Source: Holophagales bacterium UBA5704
GTDB lineage: Bacteria > Acidobacteriota > Thermoanaerobaculia > Multivoradales > UBA5704
DNA: 64,000 bases
NCBI GenBank assembly: GCA_002420005.1
Contig: DIHE01000147.1
Coordinates: 36,006 to 100,005, forward strand
Reading direction: 5' to 3'
Part shown: positions 1 to 8,689 of the stretch, piece after piece
Position numbering within the stretch: position 1 is the stretch's first letter
Layout: the number at the start of each line of letters is the position of its first letter
Translations under genes and position numbers: made by a program
Notes under the pieces: generated by a model
The model's database searches: none
Seen by the model: only the letters and a program-made list of their open reading frames with translations
What the model was told of the DNA's origin: nothing

Positions 1-7
1 GCGAGGC

Positions 8-805
8 TCAGACACGGGTTTGCTCCGCGGTCACGGTTCTCAGCTCCTTCAGGTGATGGCGGTACCAGTTGACGCCCGCCAGGTGCCGATTGCGGTCGGC
101 GAGGTCCGGCCGGGCGTCCAGCAGCTCCAGGATCTCCGGCAGCCGGAAGACCGGCCGCTCCGGCGACCACAGGACCTCGTAGACGGCGGTCACGAAGTCG
201 TAGTCCGCGGGCTCGTCGAGGGTGAAGCGGTGGCTCATCGAGAGATCGCGGCCGGTGTCCCAGGCCACGTTGCCCAGCCGGAAACGCTCCGGCCGCTCCC
301 AGAGGAACGGCGTCGTGTGCTCGCGCTCGAACAACCGGTCGGCCTCCCGCCAGGCGGTCTCCAGAACCGGCAGCGGGATGACCTCGACGTCGTTGCCGTC
401 CGGCCAGGTGGCCGGGTGGAGATTGCTCACGTAGTCGTAGCGCTCGGGGTCGGCGAGAAACGTGGCGAGAACGCGGTCGATCGCCTCCGGATCGATCAGC
501 GGGCAGTCCGAGGGGATCTTCACCACCACGTCCGCCTCATAGGCGCGGGCGGCCTCCATGTGGCGGTCGAGGAGGTCCGTCGGGTGCCCGGAGACGCAGG
601 GCACCCCGAGGCGGCGGCACAGCTCGCGGATCGGCTCGTCGAAGGAATACCGCGTGGTGGCGACGCACAGCTCGAACGGCGTGCGGGCCGCCTGGATGCG
701 CTCGATCTGCCGCTGCAGCAGCGGGGCGCCGAGCACCGGGAGCAGGACCTTGCCGGGGAGGCGGGTCGAGCCGGTGCGCGCCTGGACGACGACGAGGACC
801 CTCAT
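8..805 (-). CDS. SpsF-like cytidylyltransferase (acylneuraminate/KDO cytidylyltransferase family)
   Basis: N-terminal VVVQARTGSTRLPGKVL motif, KIPSDCPLIDP, REHTTP and RFTLDEPAD are typical of SpsF/NeuA-like CTP transferases. The ATG at 805 overlaps the stop of the upstream gene (ATGA). Confidence 0.85.
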   Translation of the reverse strand: MRVLVVVQARTGSTRLPGKVLLPVLGAPLLQRQIERIQAARTPFELCVATTRYSFDEPIRELCRRLGVPCVSGHPTDLLDRHMEAARAYEADVVVKIPSDCPLIDPEAIDRVLATFLADPERYDYVSNLHPATWPDGNDVEVIPLPVLETAWREADRLFEREHTTPFLWERPERFRLGNVAWDTGRDLSMSHRFTLDEPADYDFVTAVYEVLWSPERPVFRLPEILELLDARPDLADRNRHLAGVNWYRHHLKELRTVTAEQTRV

Positions 806-1848
806 TGCACCCTCCGCGGCAGGAGGGCGGGCCGGCGCCAACCGGCGGACGGCCGCTCGGCGGACGGCGCCCTCCGGGGCGCCGCCAGCAGCTCGCGGCA
901 GACCTCGGCGATGTTGCGGGCGGCCGAGCGGTTCTGCAACGGGAGGAGACGCCGCAGCTCCTCGCTCCCGTGATAGGAGTGGACCTCCTTGCCGAGCGCC
1001 AGGCCGACGAACGCCGTCGAGGACCATTGGGTGATGAGGACGTCGCAATTCGCGATCATGTGCTCGGCGATTCCTGTGGGATGGACGACCGCGCCGGGCG
1101 CATGCTCGCGGATCTCCCGGGTGGCGCGCTCGACGTTTTCGTTGGGGTGCAGCTTGAAGACCAGCGCCCGCCCGTCGGCGATCTCGACCGCCCGGCGCAG
1201 GAAGGCGGCGCGGTCGTCGCGTTTGAACGTCTCGCGGGCGTCCGAGGTGCAGACGAGGACGAAGCCGTGGAGAGGAAAATCGTTGGCCAGGTATTTCCGG
1301 CAATCGTCGAAGTTGGGGATGCCGGTGACCGCGATCCGCTCGGCCGGCACGCCGTGGGAGATGAAAAGATCGCGGTAGCCGTCGCTCGCCACGCAGAACT
1401 TCTCATACGCGAGGCTCAAACCGGTGGTGGTCGTCCCGGCCAGCCAGCGCGGCAGCAGGCGCAGGCGCCGGCAGAGATGGAACGGCCAGCTCACCGGATC
1501 GAGGATGCCTTCCTGCACCAGGACCACCCGCCGGTTCCGCAGATTGCGCGGGATGACGAGATCGGAGCAGGTGAGGACCAGATCGTAGGTGCCGTCGCGT
1601 CCGTGCGGGTCCACCGGCAGGCCATGGCGCGCCAGGTAGTCCTCACAACGGCGGCGCAGCTTGTCGCCCGCCACGGTGAACTCGGCCAGACCGACCTTGC
1701 GGCCGAGCTCGAGCCATCCATCCACGTAATAAGGAGTGAAAGCCGGCTCACATTCCGGCAGCTCGTCGGCGATCTGGTGCATCTGGGTCGTCTGATTGAT
1801 CGACCCGCCGATGAACAGGATGCGGGGACTGCGGCGTTCTCTTCGCAC
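802..1848 (-). CDS. GT-B fold protein, UDP-GlcNAc 2-epimerase-like / polysaccharide biosynthesis protein
   Basis: VLVQEG, FCVASDGY, IAVTGIPNFD, FKLHPNE and STAFVGLALGK motifs resemble GT-B epimerase/capsule proteins. Translationally coupled to the spsF-like gene. Confidence 0.6.
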   Translation of the reverse strand: MRRERRSPRILFIGGSINQTTQMHQIADELPECEPAFTPYYVDGWLELGRKVGLAEFTVAGDKLRRRCEDYLARHGLPVDPHGRDGTYDLVLTCSDLVIPRNLRNRRVVLVQEGILDPVSWPFHLCRRLRLLPRWLAGTTTTGLSLAYEKFCVASDGYRDLFISHGVPAERIAVTGIPNFDDCRKYLANDFPLHGFVLVCTSDARETFKRDDRAAFLRRAVEIADGRALVFKLHPNENVERATREIREHAPGAVVHPTGIAEHMIANCDVLITQWSSTAFVGLALGKEVHSYHGSEELRRLLPLQNRSAARNIAEVCRELLAAPRRAPSAERPSAGWRRPALLPRRVQ

Positions 1849-2005
1849 CCCGGCAGCATCGCCTGCCGGCGTGGCACCGCCGTGGCGGGTGCGTGAACAG
1901 ATGGAGACCTTGAGGCGCCCGGGGAAAACGTGACATCACCGCGACGCCGTCGCCACGAGGTTGCGCTTCCGCTCCCCTAAATTTTTCTGGCAAGGAGGAG
2001 CCACG

Positions 2006-3793
2006 GTGGCCCGAGCCGATCTGCACGTTCACAGCAAGCATTCGAACCAGCCGACCGAATGGCTCCTGCGCCAGGTCGGTGCTCCCGAGAGCTTCACCGA
2101 GCCCAAGGAGATCTACCGCCGGTGCCGCGAGCGGGGGATGGAGTTCGTCACCATCAGCGATCACGATTCGATCGCGGGCGCCCTGGAGATCCAGCATCTG
2201 CCCGGGACGTTTCTCTCCTGCGAGGTGACGGTCGAGTTTCCCGAAGACGGCTGCGAGATCCATCTCCTCGCCACCGGCATCGACGAGCGGCAGCACCGCG
2301 ACCTCCAGGAAATTCGCCGCAACGTCTACGAGGTGCGCGACTACGTCCGCGCGCAAGGCATCCTCCACTCCGTGGCCCATCCCCTGTTCCGGGTCAACGG
2401 CCGCCTGACCCTCGACCAGGTCGAGAAGCTGCTGGTGCTCTTCGACCGCTTCGAAGCGCGCAACGGCATGCACGACCGGCGGGCGAACGACCTGGTGCAC
2501 CGGATCTTCGGCTCCCTCACCCCGCAGATCATCGAGTCCCTCGCCGAGCGCCACCGGCTGGAGCCGTTCGGCTCCACGCCCTGGATCAAGAGCTTCACCG
2601 GCGGCAGCGACGACCACAGCGGGCTCTACCTCGGGACCACCTGGACCGAGACGCCGGAGGCCGCCACGGTCGAGGGCTTCCTCGGGCATCTGCGCGCCGG
2701 CCGCCACGCACCGGGCGGGGAGACCGGATCGAGCGCCCGCTTGTTGCAGAGCCTGTACACCATCACCTACGAGTTCTACCGCCGGCAGTTCCCCTTCGGT
2801 TGGGAGAGCCGCAAGGACCCCTTCTCCACCCTCCTGCGGGGGCTCGCCCTGCAAAGCCTGGAGACCCCGCCGCCCGCACCGGTGCCCGCCTGGCGCCGCC
2901 GTTTGTGGGGCTGGCGGGCGCCCCAGCCCCCCTGCCCGGCCGAGCGGGCCACCTTCGGCTCGGCGAGCCGGGCGAGCGAGAAGCACCTGACCCGGATGCT
3001 GCACGACTTCGTGCGCCATGCCCGCCGGGGGCGGCTGATGGAAGGTCTCGCCGCGGTCTCGCAGCTCGCCCCTCTCGCCTTGAGCATCGCGCCACATCTG
3101 GTGGCGGTGCATTCCCTCCACAAGGACGCCGACCTGCTCGACGCGGCCGGCGAGCGCTTTCTCGGTCACCGCCTCGAAGGGCGCGGCGGCAAGCGGGCCT
3201 GGTTCACCGACACGCTGACCACCGCCGGCGCCATGGCGCGGTTGCTCGCCGCGCTCCCCGGCCCGGTGCCCGGCGGGCGCGTCGACGCCGTCGAAGCGGT
3301 CACCTGCAGCCCGGCCGACGGCCGAGCCGCCCTGCCGGTCCATCGCTTCCGCACCCAGATGCGGGTGACCCTCCCCGGCTGGGAGCGCCGCAAGCTGCTT
3401 CTCCCTCCCCTCCTGGAGGTGATCGACCGCTGCGAGACCGAGCGCTATGCGGAGATCGTGATCAGCACACCGGGTCCTTTCGGCCTGCTCGGCGTCGCCG
3501 CCGGCAAGCTGCTCGGCATCCCGGTCACCGCGGTCTGGCAGGAGGACCTGCCGGCCCGCGTGCTCGCCGCCACCCGCAGCGAGACCCTGGAAGAGATGAC
3601 CTGGACCTACCTGCGCCGGCTGTTCGGCCAGGCCGGGCGGATCTGGGTGCCCAGCCGGCGGGAGCACGACGCCCTGGTCGCCCATGCGTTCGCTCCGGAG
3701 CGGATTTCCCTCCTGCCCGGACGCACGGCGCGCCCCGAGAGCGTCGTCCTTCCCCCCTCCTGGGACGGCGTCCGGGTCCAGGTGGCCGTCTGA
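2006..3793 (+). CDS. PHP-domain phosphoesterase fused to a glycosyltransferase family 4 N-terminal domain
   Basis: DLHVHSKHS, TISDHD, AHP and GGSDDH PHP metal-binding motifs. The C-terminal half has FTDTL and ISTPGPFGLLG (GT4 N-domain). GTG start at 2006 follows an AGGAGG RBS. Confidence 0.75.
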   Translation: MARADLHVHSKHSNQPTEWLLRQVGAPESFTEPKEIYRRCRERGMEFVTISDHDSIAGALEIQHLPGTFLSCEVTVEFPEDGCEIHLLATGIDERQHRDLQEIRRNVYEVRDYVRAQGILHSVAHPLFRVNGRLTLDQVEKLLVLFDRFEARNGMHDRRANDLVHRIFGSLTPQIIESLAERHRLEPFGSTPWIKSFTGGSDDHSGLYLGTTWTETPEAATVEGFLGHLRAGRHAPGGETGSSARLLQSLYTITYEFYRRQFPFGWESRKDPFSTLLRGLALQSLETPPPAPVPAWRRRLWGWRAPQPPCPAERATFGSASRASEKHLTRMLHDFVRHARRGRLMEGLAAVSQLAPLALSIAPHLVAVHSLHKDADLLDAAGERFLGHRLEGRGGKRAWFTDTLTTAGAMARLLAALPGPVPGGRVDAVEAVTCSPADGRAALPVHRFRTQMRVTLPGWERRKLLLPPLLEVIDRCETERYAEIVISTPGPFGLLGVAAGKLLGIPVTAVWQEDLPARVLAATRSETLEEMTWTYLRRLFGQAGRIWVPSRREHDALVAHAFAPERISLLPGRTARPESVVLPPSWDGVRVQVAV

Positions 3794-3821
3794 AGCCGGG
3801 CAGACCGACTAGAATGGCGAA

Positions 3822-5447
3822 GTGACGAAGCCGGTCGTGATCCAGCCCCTGACGTTCCCCTCTCTCCCCGCGGAGCCACCGCGCGACGAGGAGCCGGTAG
3901 GCCCCTCGGTGCCCGGGCGCCTCGCCGCGGTCGACATCGGGTCGAACTCGATCCACATGATCGTGGTCGCCCCCGAGCCCCAGGGGGGCTACCGCGTCCT
4001 CGGCCGCGAGCGCGACATGGTGCGGCTGGGCAAGACCGGCTTCCGCGGCACCTTCTCCGAAGCCGCCATCCGCGACGGGCTGGAAGCGCTGATCAAAATG
4101 ACCACGCTCGCCCGCTTCAAAGGTGCGGAGCGGGTGGTGGCGGTGGCCACCAGCGCGGTGCGCGAGGCCTCCAACGGCGCGGACTTCCTCGCCCGGGTGA
4201 AAGCGCAGACCGGGATCGACGTCCAGCTCCTCACCGGCGTCGAGGAGGGCCATCTGATCTACCGCGCCGTGCGCGAGGCGGTCGACCTGGGGCCCGGCCG
4301 GGCGGTGATCGTCGACGTGGGCGGCGGCAGCACCGAGTGGATCGCCACCCGCGCCGGCGAGGCGGAGCACGTGCTGAGCCTGGCGCTGGGATCGCTGCGC
4401 TGCGCCGCCGATCTGACCGGCGACCCGCCGACCGCCGCCACCCTCGACCGGCTGCGCCGCCGCATCCGCAAGGAGCTCGGCGCCAATGTCCCTGCGGAGA
4501 CCGCGGCCCGCCTCATCGCCACCTCGGGCACCGCCGCCTGCTGCGCCGACCTGGTCGACTTCTGGAGCGGTCGCGGCCCGCAGACCGTGGCCGGCGGCCT
4601 GCGCGAGGTCAAGCTGAAGGACCTCGCCCAGGTGGTCGAGCGCCTGCGCACCCTGCCGCGCGCCGCCATCGCCGATCTCCCGCCGGTGGGCGGCCCGCGC
4701 TCCGAGAGCCTGCTGGCGGGCGCCATCCTGCTCCAGGAGCTCGCCGCGCGCGCCGGCGCCGACCGCTTCCAGGTGAGCGACCGGGCGCTGCGCGAGGGCC
4801 TCGTCCTGGAAGCGCTCGGCCAACCGGCGCCGGCCGCCGCCCAGCCCGCGGACCTGCGCCGCCGCCAGGTCCTCCAGCTCGCCGAGCGCACCGAAGGCGT
4901 CTGGCGCCATGGCCAGCAGACCGCCCGCCTCGCCCTGCGCCTGTTCGACCTCACCACCTCGGTGCACGGCCTCGGCGAACGGGAGCGCGAATGGCTGGAG
5001 TATGCCGCCCTGCTCCACGACATCGGCTACGTCATCCAGTACCGCAACCACCACAAGCACGCCTACTACCTGATCACCAACGCCAGCCTGGACGCCTTCG
5101 ACCGGCGCGAGATCGAGATCGTCGCCCACGTCGCCCGCTACCACCGCGGGCCGACCCCGAAGGCGCACCGCCATCCCTCTCTCGCCGTGCTGGAGCCCTG
5201 GCAGCGCCGCACCATCCGCCAGCTCGCCGCCCTGCTCCGTCTCGCCGATGCCCTCGACCGCACCCATGCCTCCCGTGTCGACGAGCTGTTCTGCGCCATC
5301 CGCAAGAAACGGGTCACCCTGGAGGTCCTCTCGCGCTGGGACGTCGGCCTCGAGCTGGAGGCCGCCCGCGAGCGCGGCCGCTACTTCGCCAAGGTCTTCG
5401 ACTGCCGCCTGCGCCTGCGCCAAGGCCTGGAAACCGCCTCGTTGTAA
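3822..5447 (+). CDS. ppx: Exopolyphosphatase / guanosine pentaphosphate phosphohydrolase (Ppx/GppA with HD domain)
   Basis: AAVDIGSNSIHM, VATSAVREASN, DVGGGSTE, LREGL and HD-domain LLHDIG...HHKH motifs. Confidence 0.92.
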   Translation: MTKPVVIQPLTFPSLPAEPPRDEEPVGPSVPGRLAAVDIGSNSIHMIVVAPEPQGGYRVLGRERDMVRLGKTGFRGTFSEAAIRDGLEALIKMTTLARFKGAERVVAVATSAVREASNGADFLARVKAQTGIDVQLLTGVEEGHLIYRAVREAVDLGPGRAVIVDVGGGSTEWIATRAGEAEHVLSLALGSLRCAADLTGDPPTAATLDRLRRRIRKELGANVPAETAARLIATSGTAACCADLVDFWSGRGPQTVAGGLREVKLKDLAQVVERLRTLPRAAIADLPPVGGPRSESLLAGAILLQELAARAGADRFQVSDRALREGLVLEALGQPAPAAAQPADLRRRQVLQLAERTEGVWRHGQQTARLALRLFDLTTSVHGLGEREREWLEYAALLHDIGYVIQYRNHHKHAYYLITNASLDAFDRREIEIVAHVARYHRGPTPKAHRHPSLAVLEPWQRRTIRQLAALLRLADALDRTHASRVDELFCAIRKKRVTLEVLSRWDVGLELEAARERGRYFAKVFDCRLRLRQGLETASL

Positions 5448-5484
5448 GAAGGGGATGCCCCTCCTCCGCCGCCCTAAACCCCTC

Positions 5485-5528
5485 CGTCACAGAGAGTTAA
5501 CAGACATATCACAGGGAGTTGACAACCC
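5485..5528 (+). promoter_or_regulatory. Pho-box-like array: four 11-bp direct repeats upstream of phoB
   Basis: CGTCACAGAGA / GTTAACAGACA / TATCACAGGGA / GTTGACAACCC, with ACA recurring at exactly 11-bp spacing (5489, 5500, 5511, 5522). This is the periodicity of PhoB/OmpR-family sites. Confidence 0.55.
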
Positions 5529-5531
5529 TCC

Positions 5532-5725
5532 TGTGGAAAACTCTCCAGTCCCCCTTCCCCTCCGTCGGGGAACCCCCTTCGCAGACTTTGCAAACCCTGC
5601 CGAATCAGTGATTTGGCGATCTTGCACAATTCTCTGTTCAAAGCGGAGAAAGCAGCCTGGAACCAGGCTTCGGCGGACGGTTTCCGGGCGTTTTCCACAG
5701 AGTTTTCCACCTTCCCTGTGGAAAG
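5532..5725. promoter_or_regulatory. Cluster of DnaA-box-like 9-mers
   Basis: TGTGGAAAA (5532-5540), TTTTCCACA (5691-5699), TTTTCCACC (5703-5711) and TGTGGAAAG (5717-5725) match or nearly match TT(A/T)TNCACA, within a less GC-rich intergenic region. Confidence 0.5.
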
Positions 5726-5748
5726 GCCATGGTACCCTCGGTGCCAAG

Positions 5749-6432
5749 ATGACACGTGAACGCATTCTGCTGATCGAAGACGAGCCGGACATTGCAGAGG
5801 TTTTGCAGTACAACCTCCAGAAGGAAGGCTTCCAGGTGGAGACGGCGCGCCGCGGTGACACCGGGCTGGAGGCGATCCGCCGCGATACGCCCGATCTTCT
5901 CCTGCTCGACCTCATGCTGCCCGGGATCGACGGCCTGGAGCTGACCCGCCTGCTGAAACGCGACAGCGCCACGGCGCGGCTGCCGATCGTGATGCTCACC
6001 GCGCGCGGCGAGGAGGTGGACCGCATCGTGGGCCTGGAGCTCGGCGCCGACGACTACATCAGCAAGCCGTTCAGCCCGCGCGAGGTGGTGTTGCGGGTCA
6101 AGGCGGTGCTGCGCCGCATCCAGCAGGAGGAAAGCGAGGCGGAGCGCCTGGAGGTCGGGGGCATCGAGCTCGACGTCTCCGGCCATCAGCTGCGGGTACG
6201 CGGCAAGGAGATTCCTCTGACCGCCACGGAGTTCCGCCTGTTGCGGCTGCTCCTCGAGCGCAGTGGCCGGGTGCAGACCCGCGGGCAGCTCCTTTCCGAC
6301 GTCTGGGGCTATGCGGAAGACATCGACAGCCGCACCGTGGACACCCACATCCGCCGCCTGCGCCGCAAGCTCGGGGCCGAGGCCGACCGGATCGAGACGG
6401 TCATCGGCGTCGGCTACCGGCTGAGGCCTTGA
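5749..6432 (+). CDS. phoB: OmpR/PhoB-family response regulator, probably PhoB
   Basis: Receiver domain (LIEDE, LLDLMLPG, MLTARGEE, GADDYISKPFS) plus winged helix (RTVDTHIRRLRRKL). Lies between ppx and a PhoR-like kinase. Confidence 0.85.
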   Translation: MTRERILLIEDEPDIAEVLQYNLQKEGFQVETARRGDTGLEAIRRDTPDLLLLDLMLPGIDGLELTRLLKRDSATARLPIVMLTARGEEVDRIVGLELGADDYISKPFSPREVVLRVKAVLRRIQQEESEAERLEVGGIELDVSGHQLRVRGKEIPLTATEFRLLRLLLERSGRVQTRGQLLSDVWGYAEDIDSRTVDTHIRRLRRKLGAEADRIETVIGVGYRLRP

Positions 6433-6433
6433 G

Positions 6434-8215
6434 GTGCGGCTCTTCCGGCTCCCTCCCAAGCTGCGCCTCGCCCCGCTCTGGCCGGCGCTGGCGGCGGTTC
6501 TCACCGCCACGGCGCTGCTCTGGGCGGTCCAGCCGAAGCTGCTGCAGAAAAGCGCCGAGGTTCAGCTCCTCGACACCCTGCGCACCCTGACCCCGGTCGT
6601 CGCCCAGGCACGCCTGCAACGGGCCGGCAGCGCCGATCCTCTGGCCCTCCAGCGCTGGGTCGAGAGCCTCTCCTCGCAAGGGGTCGAGACCGGATTGCGG
6701 ATCACCCTCGTCGAGAGCGACGGGCGGGTGATCGCCGACAGCTCACGCTCGGCCGCACAGATCGCAGCCATGGAAAATCACGCGGAGCGCGAGGAAATCC
6801 GCACCGCCTTCGCCACCGGAGAGGGCGTCGCCGTGCGCCGGAGCGCCACCACCGGGCGGCTGTACGTCTATGCCGCCCGCACGGCGACCGATCCGCAAGG
6901 CCGCCTTTTCGCGGTGCGCCTGGCCGAGCCCGTCGCGCATCTCGAGACGCTGCGCGGCCAGATCGCCGGGGCCATGCTGCTGGCGGCGCTGGCGGGAGGC
7001 CTGATCTCGCTCGTGATCTCCTGGTGGATCGACCGCAATGTGTTCCGGCCGTTCCGGCACCTGGTCGCCGGGGCCTCCGCCCTGGCAGACGGCCGGGAAC
7101 GGCGGGTCGAGATCCCGGAGGAGGAGGAGCTCGCCGCGCTGGCGCTCGCCTTGAATCGGCTCGCCGAGACCGCCGAAGCTCAGTTCGATGCCGTGCGCGC
7201 CGAGCGCGATCAGCTCAAGGCGATCCTCGCCAGCATGTCTGAAGGCGTGCTGGTGGTCGGCGGCAACGGCCGTGCGCTGCTCGCCAATCCCGCGTTTTCC
7301 TCGCTGTTCGACCTGCAAGGCGAGGTGACCGGGCAGACCGTTCTGGAGCTTCTCCGCCAACCGGAGCTGGTACGCCTGGTGGAGGACACCCTCCGGCTCG
7401 GCCGGCCGCAGAGCGGCCAGGTCGAGCTGGCCCCCGAGCGCCGCACCCTGCTCCTGGCGAGCGCCGCGCTGGCCGGCGGTGAACGGGGCGCCGTGGTGGT
7501 GGCGCGCGACATGACCGAGATGACCCGGGTGGCCGACATGCGGCGCGACTTCGTCGGCAACGTCTCGCACGAGCTCAAGACCCCGCTCGCCGCCATCCGC
7601 GGTTTCGCCGAAACCCTGCGCGACGGCGCGCTCGACGAGCCGGCCGTCGCCCAACGGTTCACCGAGCGCATCCTCGACCAATGCCGCCGCCTGCAGGCGC
7701 TGCTGGACGACCTGCTCACCCTGTCCCGCCTGGAGACGGTGGCCCTGCGCGAGCGCGAGCCGGTGCAGCTGGCCGACGTCGTGCGCCAGGCGGTCGAGAC
7801 CCTCACCCCCATGGCCCGGGAGAAGGACGTCCGGGTCGAAATCGCCGCCGGCGACATCCCGCCGGTGCCCGGAGAGACGGACGCCATCGAGCGGCTGGTG
7901 CTCAACCTGCTGGAGAACGGGATCAAGTACAACCGGCCCGGCGGACAGGTCACGGTGCACCTCGCCACCGCCGGAGCCTCGGTCCTCCTGGAGGTGAGCG
8001 ACTCCGGCATCGGGATCCCCGCCGAGGCGCTCCCCCGCATCTTCGAGCGCTTCTACCGCGTGGACAAAGGAAGGGCGCGCGAAGAAGGCGGGACCGGCCT
8101 CGGCCTCGCCATCGTCAAGCACGTGGCGCAGGCCCACGGCGGCCAGGTCGACGTCGAAAGCCGCCACGGCCGCGGCACCACCTTCCGGGTGCGGCTGCCG
8201 ATCCAGAAGAGCTGA
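6434..8215 (+). CDS. phoR: PhoR-like sensor histidine kinase (two TM segments, HAMP, PAS, HisKA, HATPase)
   Basis: MENH..REEI extracytoplasmic motif, MRRDFVGNVSHELKTPL H-box, NLLENGIKYN N-box and FERFYRVDKGRAREEGGTGLGLAIVKH. Confidence 0.88.
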   Translation: MRLFRLPPKLRLAPLWPALAAVLTATALLWAVQPKLLQKSAEVQLLDTLRTLTPVVAQARLQRAGSADPLALQRWVESLSSQGVETGLRITLVESDGRVIADSSRSAAQIAAMENHAEREEIRTAFATGEGVAVRRSATTGRLYVYAARTATDPQGRLFAVRLAEPVAHLETLRGQIAGAMLLAALAGGLISLVISWWIDRNVFRPFRHLVAGASALADGRERRVEIPEEEELAALALALNRLAETAEAQFDAVRAERDQLKAILASMSEGVLVVGGNGRALLANPAFSSLFDLQGEVTGQTVLELLRQPELVRLVEDTLRLGRPQSGQVELAPERRTLLLASAALAGGERGAVVVARDMTEMTRVADMRRDFVGNVSHELKTPLAAIRGFAETLRDGALDEPAVAQRFTERILDQCRRLQALLDDLLTLSRLETVALREREPVQLADVVRQAVETLTPMAREKDVRVEIAAGDIPPVPGETDAIERLVLNLLENGIKYNRPGGQVTVHLATAGASVLLEVSDSGIGIPAEALPRIFERFYRVDKGRAREEGGTGLGLAIVKHVAQAHGGQVDVESRHGRGTTFRVRLPIQKS

Positions 8216-8619
8216 GCCCTCTTCTTCGGGCGGACCTCGGGGTTGGCGAGCTGCCGCCCTGGGCGGGGAGCTACGGCGGGCTGGGCTGGCGCCGCGTCTG
8301 GCTGCTGCGGCGGCGCGAGTAGGCAGCCCGGGCCGTGGGGCCGCCCGGACCCGGAGCGTTCAACCGCTTCTCCTGCAACAGGTTGCGACGATTTTAGATT
8401 CTTTGAGGAGGTTTGAGGCGGGCAGTGAGGACATTGTAGAAGCCTTGCAGCTAATCTCCCCTTGTCGCGGGCGGAGGGGTTCCAAGGCTCGCCACTCTTT
8501 TTCTTTGATGTCTTGGTTCGGAGGGAAACAAGCGCAGGCCCGGAGAGGTGACTTTCCGGGCCTTCCGCTTTTCAGGCCAGGGTTTGCCCCTGCAGGTCCG
8601 TCTCGCCGTGCTTGTCGAG

Positions 8620-8656
8620 ACTATGCAGCAGGTACATAATGTTTCTGCTGCATAGT
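8620..8656. terminator. Inverted repeat between convergent genes (terminator or operator)
   Basis: ACTATGCAGCAG (8620-8631) and CTGCTGCATAGT (8645-8656) form a perfect 12-bp inverted repeat, 34 nt past the stop of the minus-strand BNR gene. Confidence 0.5.
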
Positions 8657-8689
8657 TTTCCCAGCCCGGTGCCATGAAGCTCCCCTTTC

